A stretch of DNA of 64,000 nt, from positions 23,002,001 through 23,066,000 of the forward strand of contig OY740797.1 in the NCBI GenBank assembly GCA_963514005.1, written 5' to 3'. The stretch is from Raja brachyura. Lineage: Eukaryota. The notes beneath the pieces are model-generated. The model worked only from the letters and a program-made list of their open reading frames with translations. It was not told the origin of the DNA and did not search any database. Both the position numbers and the translations under genes were made by a program. Position 1 is the first letter of the stretch; each line of letters begins with the position of its first letter. Below, in pieces: positions 56,201-64,000 of this stretch.

Positions 56201-59200
56201 AAATCATGTACAAAGCAAGAAATAATTTACTTCCAGGAAATATACAAAAACTGTTTATGGAAAGACAGGGTGGGTATAATTTGAGAGGGGAACATAATTA
56301 AAAAAAACTCAATGTCAGAACAACTCTTAAAAGTATGTGCATAGCAATCTGTGGGGTGAATTTATGGAATGGTTTGGAACAGGAGATAAAACTTAGCACA
56401 AACATAATTCAGTTTAAAAAGATATACAAAAACACTTTTTTTAAAGGATATTGGGTGATTGTGAGTGAGATATTTGTTATACTGATTGTAATGGGAAGGG
56501 TGATTATAGGGTGATGGGTTGTATATATGACTAAGAGATACTGTATAGTACATGAGGGTTTTTTCTTATTTCTTCCTTTTTTTGGTGTACATATGGTGTA
56601 CATATAACTGCTAAATTTGTACAAGATAATTATAAGCAGTTGAATAAGGGGTGGGAATTAATAAGCTTTGGCTTGTTCCTGCTCCTTTTTGGACACATAG
56701 GATTTCATTTATTTATAGATATTGTTTATGACACTTTATAAATATTCTTGTTTTGTTTTTTGTATGCTGTTTCACACTCGCTTTTTATTGTTTTATTCTG
56801 TTCGAAATAAAGAATTAAATAAATAAATAAACAAATAAATAAATAAATAAACTGGAATGCCAGGATGTCCAGACAAAAGAGCAGCTTCCCTATGGCTATC
56901 AGGCTCATGAACTAAGCACATCCTTCATACCTCCTACCCAGAGATGCTACCATGTATGTATCTTTACTCTAAACTCTACCTCATTTACTTATTCCATATT
57001 TGTACTCTGGTACTCTTTTTGAACTACTTCGGATAACACTACAATCTTTGCAAAATTATGCTGTTTTCCATTTGTCGTTGTATTTATGGTATGTAGTCAT
57101 TGTACATAACGAATCAAGAATGTCTTGTTGTCGACTTAACGTATATTCCTCTGTGAGCTTTATGCGAATATGGAATATCCTTGCACCTAGCAGAACATTA
57201 CAGTAATCTAAATCTGAATGTGGAATGCAGGAGTTGGAAGTCCAGGCTTTGTTGCAGCAGTGGGCAGTACCGTGAGATTGTGGCTAAGCTGGATCAGCAT
57301 CCAGAGGAGAGGGAACTTTATATCTGTGTGGACTATGTCTGATGGGGTGGGCCATTTAGAACGGAGATGAGGAAAAACATTTACACCCTGAGAGTTGTGA
57401 ATCTGTGGAATTCTCTGCCTCAGAAGGCAGTGGAAGCCAATTCTCTGGATGCGTTCAAGAGAGAGTTACATAGACCTCTTAAAGATAGTGGAGTCAGGGG
57501 ATATGGTGAGAAGGCAGAAACGGGGTACTGATTGTGGATGATCAGCCATGATCACAGTGAATAGCGGTGCTGGCTCGAAGGGCCAAATGGCCTACCCCTG
57601 CACCTATTGTCTATTATCTATTGATACTGAATATCACAAAAAATCTGATATTGTCTGTTTGCACCATGCAGGTTCTGCAAGATTATGTTAATAAAATGAC
57701 CAAATGAGGAGCATTTACTACACCTGCAGATCATCTAGCCGCCCCATGATGGTGAAAATCCTCAGCTTCAAGCCCCTCAGCTTGATGTGGTGCCCCTGGA
57801 TGATCACATCACGGAGCTGGTGCCGTTGGAGCGAGAGCGATGACAGCTGATCCACTCCTGACAGCAGACAACCAGACCCTAAATGAATGGGCCCCTGTCA
57901 AAACAAAAAGCAGAGAGATGGGAACACCCTTCAGAAACCAAATCAAAAATCATAATCCCAAACACAAAGCCACATGAGCCCTCTATGTTTAATATCTAGC
58001 TATTTGCTTATACACTTACAGCATGGAAACAAGCCTTTCACACCCCCCCCCGGAGCCCATACCGATCAACTATGTCCATTCATTAGTTAGAATAGTTACC
58101 TACAACCATCTCAGACAGTTTCCTTTTAAGTTAAGGAGAAACAGGTTCTGCAGGCACTAAGAACGTCTGCTCCTGAATGAAGATGGCACAGGAACTGGAC
58201 ATTCAGCTCATAAAGTCAGTGCCGAATATGATACCATATTAAACTAATCTCCTCATCCTACATATGATCCATATCCCTTCATGCTCTACATTTCCATGTG
58301 CCTATGTAAAAGCCTCTTAAATGCCACCATCAGGTCTGCCTCCAGGCATCCACCAAGCTGTAAAACATTTGCCCCATACATCTCCTTTAAACTGTGACCC
58401 TCTCATCATAAAGTTATGCCCTATAGTTTTGCCATTTCTCCTGGGGAGAAGGTTCTGATAGTCCACCCTATATATGTCTATATATATGCCTCTCATGATG
58501 TAATAAACCTCTATCTCCTTAGTCTCCAAAGCTCCAGAGAAAACAATTCAAGTTTGTCCAACCTCTCCTAATGGCTAATATCCTTGAATCCAAGCAGCTT
58601 TCTAGTAAATCTCTGCTGCACCCTTTCCAAAGCCTCCACATCCTTCCTGCTGTTGGGTAACCGTAACTGCACACAAAAATACTAGACATGCAACGTCCTA
58701 CAAAGACTTCCAGTCTCATATTAAATGCCCGAACTGATGAAGGCAAGCAAACCACACGCCTTCTTTACCTCTCTATCTAATTGTGTTGCATCATCAGGGG
58801 GCTGTTGACTTGCACCCCAGGATCCTTCTACTTATCAATTCTTCAATGCTGTTTGCGGTCTTGCCATTAATTATACTTTCCCCTGTTGTTCAGCCTCCGA
58901 AAGGGGAACATCTCACACTTGCTCAGTTTAAACTCCAAATGCCTTTTCTCTGCCCATTTCTGTAGCTGATCTATACCCCGCTGTATACTCTAACAACCTT
59001 CCTAATTGTCTGCAACTCCATCAATTTTGCTGCTGACTGCAAACTTACGAACCAAGCTACCTACTTTTACGTCCAAATCATATATATATATATCATAAAC
59101 AACAGAGGTTCCAACGCAGATCCCTGCGGACCTCCACTAGGTACAGAATACCATCCGTCCACTACAACCCTCTGTCCTCTATGAGTAGGACTGTTCTGAA

Positions 59201-62200
59201 TCCAAATGACCAAGTCATTGTGGATCTCTTGCATCTTAACCTTTTGAATCTGTCCACCATGAAGGACTTTATCAAATACCTTACTCAAATTCATGTGGAA
59301 AACATCAACTACCCTACTCCAATTGATCATCTTTGTCAGCTTCTCAAAGAAATCACACAGTCGACTCAAGTGAGACCTGTCCTGTTGTGGATAAAGAAGT
59401 TGTAACTGTCACTAATTTGCCCATCACCTCCAAATGAGTGTAAGTCCTATCCCGAAGAATCCTCTCCAATAGCTTTCCAACCACTAGCATGAGGTTCACC
59501 GGCATATAATTTTCTGGATTCTCTCAGCTTCCCTTCTTAAACAAAAGATCAACATTGGCTAATTGTAGAAACAAAGAATTGCATATGCTGGTTAATACAT
59601 AAAGGACACAAAGTACTGGTGTAACTCATGAAGAAGGGTCTCGACACAAAATGTCACCTATCCATGTTCTTCAGAGATGCTGACTGACACGTTGAGTTAC
59701 TCTAACACTTTGTGTCCTTTTGTGAACAACATTGGCTTTTCTCCAGTCTTCCGGGATGTGGCTAAAGAAGATACAATGATCTTTGTTAAGACCCTTACAA
59801 TCTCCTCTCTTGCCTCTCAATAACCTGGCATACATCCCATCAGGTCCTGGAAATCCACCTTAATGCTCTTCAAGAGCCCCATATCAACTCCTTCTTGATC
59901 TTAAACTGCCTTTACATAATAGTATTCCTCACACTGATTTCACTGTTCTCCACGGTCTTCTCTTTGGTGAATGCGGATGCAAAGCACTCAGTTAGCACCT
60001 TGCCTCCATCCTCTGATTCCAAACATAAATTCACTCCTTTATCCAACATTCTCTTTGGTTACCCTTTTGTTTTGTTTGAAAATAAATTACAAATGAGGTG
60101 GTGTGTTACAAGCCAGTGGTCATCAATGTGCATGACAGTGGTTTAAAGAGAACCTACCTACGTCAGCCCAGTAATTACCAAGACCAATCTGAGACAGGTC
60201 CCTTTTAAGTTAAGGAAAAACAGGTTTGCTGACACTGAGAATGTCACCTCCTGAGTGAGGACACCACAGTATCCAAATATATGAATAAAGGCAGTGGACA
60301 ATGTGCATGTCAGTAGACCTACTTGCGTTAACACAGGTGAGCCATAGGCACATACTACATAGAACCCGCATGCAGTCTCTGTAATTCAACTGGCTTTAAT
60401 TTTTAAAAATTTGGGGAAACGTTTGCACCAGAGGGCGATGGATATATGGAACAAGCTGCCAGAGAAGGTAGTTGAGGTAGGTACTATAACAACATTTATA
60501 AGACATTTGGGCAGATGCATAGGTAGGAAGGTTTAGAGGGATATGGGCCAAGCACGGGCAGCTTAGATGGGGTACCCCCTTCATCTGCATGGACAAGTTG
60601 AGCCTGCTTCCGTGCTGTATGACTACTGACTCTATGACTCTCTACATGCATAGCAATTGGACTGAAAATTAAATACTGCAGGTAAATATAACTGCAGTGA
60701 AATAATTGCAAGCATTAGTGAAAAAATGTACAGGAATATTTTCTATAATGGGCTATGGAGATAGTTGAGCATAGCCTGTGTTTTACCTCAAGGTGGCAGT
60801 GTTGTACAACACTGTTTGGTTCAATTCTGATCTCTCCTTCCAGAAGGCTATTGATGACAGAACAATTCTTGTTCAACAGAGCATGGTGCTGTAAAACAAA
60901 AAAGTTGTGTTAGACAATAAGCTTTATCTCTTTGTTTTACATCAAAGTGAAAGCAACAGTTTTAAGGTATGTAACAAATGCTATGTGTATGCTGGATTTA
61001 GCAATGTCTATCAATATTCATAATTGACTAGATTGACAGCAAGAGTTCAGGCCCATTAACCTGAGACATTCGTTCAAATCCCACCATGACAGCTGGGGAA
61101 TATCAATTCAAATAATTAAACAAAGGTGAACATTAAAAGCTAGTCTCAGTAATCACAGCTATGAAACTTTCAGACTGTTGTAGAAACTCATTTTGCTCAC
61201 TGACCTTTTCAAAGGAAGGGGATCTGCCCTCTTTGCAATCACCTCTTTCACACCCACTCCCTGGGGTGCTGCCATGTACTCTTAACTCTATCTCATTCAG
61301 TTATTCCATTTTTATACTTTCATTTTCTCTTGCACTACTTCAGATTGCATTGCAACATTCTGCTCTTTTGCACTTAATGTTATACTTAATGTTGTAACTA
61401 TCAGGTAGCAGGTAGACACAAAATGCTGGAGTAACTCGGCAGGACAGGCAGCATCTCTGGAGAGAAGGAATGGGCGACGTTTCGGGTCGAGACCCTTCTT
61501 CAGACTGATGTCAGGGGAGTGGGTGGTACAGAGATAGAATGTGGTCGGAGACAGTAAGACTGGTGGGAGAACTGGGAAGGGGGAAGGGATGGAGAGAGGG
61601 GGGAAAGTCAGGGCTCCTTGTTAGAGAGGTCAATGTTCATACTGCTGGGGATTAAGCTACCCAAGCGAAATAAAAGGTGCTGTTCACTCTGACAATGGAG
61701 GAGGCCCAGGACAGAAAGGTCAGATTGGGAATGGGAGGGGGAGTTAAAGTGCTGAGCAACCGGGAGATCAGGTAGGTTAAGGAGGACTGAGTGGAGGTGT
61801 TCAGCCAAACCATCGCCGAGCCTGCGCTTGGTCTTGCCGATTTACAGTTGACATCTGGAACAGCAGATACACTAGACAAAGTTGGAAGAGCTGCAAGTGA
61901 ACCTCTGCCTCACTTGAAAAGACTGTCGAGGTCCTTGGAAGGAGTCGAGAGAGGAGGTAAAGGGACAGGTGTTGCATCTCCTGCAGTTGCAGGGGAAGTA
62001 CCTGGGGAGGGGGTGGTTTGGGTGGCCTGGTATGTAAAACCTCATCCTGGGCGCAGACGGAGGAATTGGCAGTAGGGGATAGTCTTTACAGGAAGCAGGG
62101 CGGGAAGAAGTGTAGTCTCGATAGCTATGGGAGTCAGTGGGTTTGTAATAGATGTCAGTCAATTATCTCCAGAGATGCTGCCTGCCTGTACCGCTGAGTT

Positions 62201-63680
62201 ACTCGAGCATTTTGTGTATATCTTCGATTTAAACTGGCATCTGCAGTTCTTTCCTACACATATAATACCTGCATGTTGTTTACTCTGAGCTACATGCTAA
62301 CACAAAATTTAATTGCATCCTGGTGCATATGACAATAAACAAATCTGAATCAGAATCCAACTCTCCTCTGCCTTCGTAGTTTTGGGGCAATTAGGGGTGG
62401 ATATTATGTACCAACGTTTGCCAGTGACATCCATGTCCTATGAATCAGAAAAAATCCCTCAAAGGATTAAGTGGATAGTGTGTGGAAACAGTCTGTAATC
62501 CTCAAATCTGCAAAATAACTCACCACAACATGTGAAATGACTAAGCTTTGTTGGGTAGACAGAGCCATTTTTTCCTCTGACAGATGTTCTAAACAAGAGG
62601 AATAACGCAACTATAATGGAGACTTTTTTTTTGGAAGTGGCGGCTCGCCAGCAGTCCGTCTGTTTTTTCTTTTCTTTTTGTTTTCTTGTGTCTGTTTTAG
62701 TTACATTTTAGTTTATTAGGCTGTGTATATGTGTGTGGGGGAGGGGGGGGAGAAACAAGGTTTTAGTCTCTCCCTTCGGGAGGATGCGACTTTTTCTTGT
62801 CGTGTCCCCGTCACCGTCTGTGCTGAGGCCTAATGGCGGAGCTGGAGGCCTCGGAGCTGTGGCGGTGCTCCAGCGGCGGAGGCGGACCCGGCTTCAGAGC
62901 TGTGGCGGCGTTCCAGCAGCGGACCCGGCTTCAGAGCTGTGGCGGCGTTCCAGCAGCAGACCCGGCTTCAGAGCTGTGGCGGCGTTCCAGCAGCGGACCC
63001 GGCTTCAGAGCTGTGGCGGCATTCCAGCAGCGGACCCGGCTTCAGAGCTGTGGGTGTGGCGTTCCAGCGTTCCGGCAGCGGAACCGGCTTCAGAGCTGTA
63101 GCGGTGTTCCAGCGTTCCGGTGACGGCGGTGGCGGCGGCCCGGCTTCGGAGGCTCGGCCGCGGGCCTAGTGGACGAAAACATCGGAGGCCTGGATTGCCT
63201 CAGCGCAGAGGGAGAACAACGAGGGAAGAAGACAAAGACTTTAAGACTTTTGCCTTCTACCACAGTGAGGAGGTGTCTGGTGAACTCACAGTGGTGGATG
63301 TTAAATATGTGTTTATTGTGTGTTTTGTTTTTTATTAGTCTTATTTTAGGTTTATCTGAATGATGGAAGCAGCCTGCTCATATTCCTATGCTCAGAACCA
63401 CCTTCCCTCACCGAACTAACAGGTGAGGTTCTACACTAGGTTGTGGAACAGGACTATTTATCCAAACAGCAGGAAATATCTGTGAAAAAAGTGAAGGGAG
63501 TAAGACAGAAAAAGAGGCAGCAATCCCAATGATAGGTATAGTTGTTACATACGGTCAGCTTAGAGTACACAACATGATGGCTCACGAAGCAGTCGGAGAC
63601 ATTCCCTCTCCGGGTCAGGTTCCGTACGTGGTCATCAGCTGACAAGCTCATGTAGTCATAGCCACCATCAGCTACAAGAG
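35144..63680 (-). CDS. FCSK: L-fucose kinase (fucokinase), spliced CDS, 5'-partial: complement join(63553-63680,60787-60888,57724-57894,52953-53026,49457-49815,45504-45714,43328-43494,41380-41604,40858-41001,38561-38680,37692-37879,36242-36341,35595-35818,35144-35218)
   Basis: 14 GT-AG exons with compatible phases; GHMP kinase motifs [44 protein letters not shown]; tail-to-tail with COG4 as in human. Confidence 0.97.
35595..35818 (-). CDS. FCSK: FCSK penultimate coding exon
   Basis: tgacag|GT GAC..AGT GAG|gtaaga; [46 protein letters not shown]. Confidence 0.96.
36242..36341 (-). CDS. FCSK: FCSK exon
   Basis: ttacag|GAT GTT..AAA G|gtaagc; [33 protein letters not shown]. Confidence 0.96.
37040..37550 (+). 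mobile_element. CR1 LINE 3' fragment, degraded
   Basis: aagattcacaaggatg..aatgagctgccagaagaagtggtg..acatttaagagtcatctggac. Confidence 0.75.
37692..37879 (-). CDS. FCSK: FCSK exon
   Basis: gtctag|GT GGA GGC TGG..CTG CAG|gtgagc; [36 protein letters not shown]. Confidence 0.97.
38561..38680 (-). CDS. FCSK: FCSK exon
   Basis: tcttag|GG ACT AGT..ACA G|gtaacc; [39 protein letters not shown]. Confidence 0.96.
38908..39548 (+). mobile_element. CR1 LINE 3' part, young, inserted into an HE1-like SINE
   Basis: Open ORF2 C-terminus [45 protein letters not shown]..; (ttctatgt)n tail; SINE head 38818-38907 and tail 39550-39720 on either side. Confidence 0.93.
40858..41001 (-). CDS. FCSK: FCSK exon
   Basis: tggcag|GA GCT TTG..ATG G|gtgagt; [47 protein letters not shown]. 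Confidence 0.96.
41380..41604 (-). CDS. FCSK: FCSK exon
   Basis: ctgtag|GT GGC TGG..CCA G|gtaccc; [22 protein letters not shown]. Confidence 0.96.
41690..42220 (-). mobile_element. Penelope-like element GIY-YIG region, degraded
   Basis: Homologous to 61620-62030 (gaggcccaggacagaaaggtcag..; gggggtggtt). Confidence 0.75.
43328..43494 (-). CDS. FCSK: FCSK exon
   Basis: ctgtag|G CCT GAC..TCA G|gtacat; [35 protein letters not shown]. Confidence 0.96.
44291..44725 (-). mobile_element. CR1 LINE 3' end, same subfamily as 38908-39548, opposite strand
   Basis: catagaaattaggtgcaggagtaggccattcggcccttcgagcctgcaccgcc.. Confidence 0.9.
45504..45714 (-). CDS. FCSK: FCSK exon
   Basis: tcacag|TG GCT..AAC AG|gtgagg; [42 protein letters not shown]. 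Confidence 0.96.
46020..47670 (-). mobile_element. CR1 LINE, 1.65-kb 5'-truncated copy with reverse-transcriptase domain (frameshifted)
   Basis: [45 protein letters not shown] motifs over three ORF pieces. Confidence 0.95.
47905..48655 (-). mobile_element. CR1 LINE 3' part
   Basis: catagaaaataggtgcaggagtagg tail; [17 protein letters not shown] remnant. Confidence 0.85.
48096..48242 (+). mobile_element. Short retroposon with (GAA)n tail nested in CR1
   Basis: 8-bp TSD ATCCAGTG at 48088-48095 and 48243-48250; ends gcaagaagaagaagaag. Confidence 0.8.
49457..49815 (-). CDS. FCSK: FCSK exon
   Basis: tcttag|G AAA GAC..ACA G|gtgagg; [44 protein letters not shown]; 359 nt. Confidence 0.94.
50405..50722 (+). 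mobile_element. Penelope-like element GIY-YIG fragment
   Basis: [38 protein letters not shown] remnants. Confidence 0.75.
52953..53026 (-). CDS. FCSK: FCSK exon
   Basis: ccacag|GTA CCT..ATC AA|gtaagg; [24 protein letters not shown]. Confidence 0.92.
53560..53950 (+). mobile_element. CR1 LINE 3' end
   Basis: [19 protein letters not shown]..; tggaacgagctgccagaggaagtgg; tail gggttgggccaaagtgtctgttt. Confidence 0.8.
55652..55791 (+). mobile_element. Penelope-derived mini-element with hammerhead core
   Basis: CTGAAGA-a-GGGTC-ct-GACCT-GAAACGTC; 13-bp TSD AAAGTATTCTGAA at 55639-55651 and 55792-55804. Confidence 0.8.
56029..56851 (+). mobile_element. L2/Crack-group LINE 3' end, young
   Basis: [38 protein letters not shown]2 C-terminus with one in-frame TAA; 3' UTR; (AAAT)n tail. 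Confidence 0.75.
57350..57622 (+). mobile_element. CR1 LINE 3' end
   Basis: gttgtgaatctgtggaattctctgcctcagaaggcagtgg..gcacctattgtctatt. Confidence 0.85.
57724..57894 (-). CDS. FCSK: FCSK exon
   Basis: tgacag|GGG CCC ATT..CTG CAG|gtgtag; [48 protein letters not shown]. Confidence 0.93.
58220..60060 (-). mobile_element. CR1 LINE, old 1.8-kb RT-containing fragment
   Basis: [22 protein letters not shown] remnants with many stops. Confidence 0.85.
59561..59726. mobile_element. Fold-back Penelope-derived mini-element in CR1
   Basis: TSD CAACATTGGCT at 59550-59560 and 59727-59737; aaaggacacaaagt..taactc inverted against gagttac..actttgtgtccttt. Confidence 0.75.
60787..60888 (-). CDS. FCSK: FCSK exon
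   Basis: ttacag|CAC CAT..CTT GAG|gtaaaa; [34 protein letters not shown]. Confidence 0.93.
61405..62260 (-). mobile_element. Penelope-like retroelement: RT thumb plus GIY-YIG remnants with inverted terminal repeats
   Basis: [66 protein letters not shown]; 61410-61462 inverted to 62165-62220. Confidence 0.9.
61476..61503 (-). ncRNA. Minimal type I hammerhead ribozyme core in Penelope terminal repeat
   Basis: CUGAAGA-A-GGGUC-UC-GACCC-GAAAC-GUC; intact core and stem II, palindromic ACGU stem III, but stem I only 2 bp. Confidence 0.55.
62631..63340 (+). mobile_element. Unclassified GC-rich interspersed element containing a tandem array
   Basis: Abrupt CpG-rich block with T-rich flanking segments, unlike the host intron. 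Confidence 0.5.
62883..63120. repeat. 37-bp minisatellite, 4 near-perfect plus 2 expanded copies
   Basis: Unit cggacccggcttcagagctgtggcggcgttccagcag starting at 62883, 62920, 62957, 62994, 63031. Confidence 0.95.
63553..63680 (-). CDS. FCSK: FCSK exon, 14th from last
   Basis: ttgcag|CT CTT GTA..CTG ACC|gtatgt; [42 protein letters not shown], aligns with human AYVSSGSYSYM..IVHSQVE. Confidence 0.88.
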
Positions 63681-64000
63681 CTGCAAAGCATAACAGAGAC
63701 AATCACATTGTCTGTCTTGCTGCACTCTCTCCAATCACAAGGTCACAGACTGAAGTCCTGCTTCAGAAGTCAAATTCCTAAACACTCCAGTGCATGATTA
63801 ATAACATTTACCCTTGTATCCTTTAACCTTTATGCACTGTAATCGGTTTGATTGTTTTCATGTATAGTCTTTTCTTTGATGGATAGCATACAAACAAAAT
63901 CTGTTCACTGTACCTCAGTGCACGTGACAACAACTAAAGCCGCAGAATTATTAACGATGGTATATATCAGATGAGACATCAAAGTCATGCCTTGTCTGCC

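Larger units (their letters stand above)
55150..56915 (+). mobile_element. Old Rex1/Babar fragment hosting two younger insertions
   Basis: gaccacagctcagctttcaacaccatag, ttcaagttccttgatatccatattacc, gcagcttccctatggctatcaggctc remnants. Confidence 0.7.

Noticed and set aside
62883-63120. 37-bp repeats as a CRISPR array
   Set aside because: Units are contiguous with no unique spacers, there are no cas genes, and the context is a vertebrate intron

Overview
Eukaryotic, intron-rich vertebrate DNA. The repeat content (HE1-like SINEs, CR1, Rex1/Babar, Penelope) points to a cartilaginous fish, probably a skate or ray; this is an inference. Two conserved genes lie tail-to-tail, as in human 16q22. COG4 is on + (17 coding exons, 499-30248, matching human exons 3-19 in size and phase, with one GC-AG intron). 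FCSK/FUK (L-fucose kinase) is on - (last 14 coding exons, 63680-35144). The 5' ends of both genes lie outside the window. Introns and the intergenic gap are packed with often nested mobile elements. Most notable are a complete non-autonomous Helitron with internal minisatellites, a hAT-like MITE with an 8-bp TSD, two LTR-like segments, and a family of Penelope-derived mini-elements carrying minimal hammerhead-ribozyme cores, fold-back structure and their own TSDs. No prokaryotic system or CRISPR array is present. Exon borders were read base by base; borders of degraded repeats are approximate.
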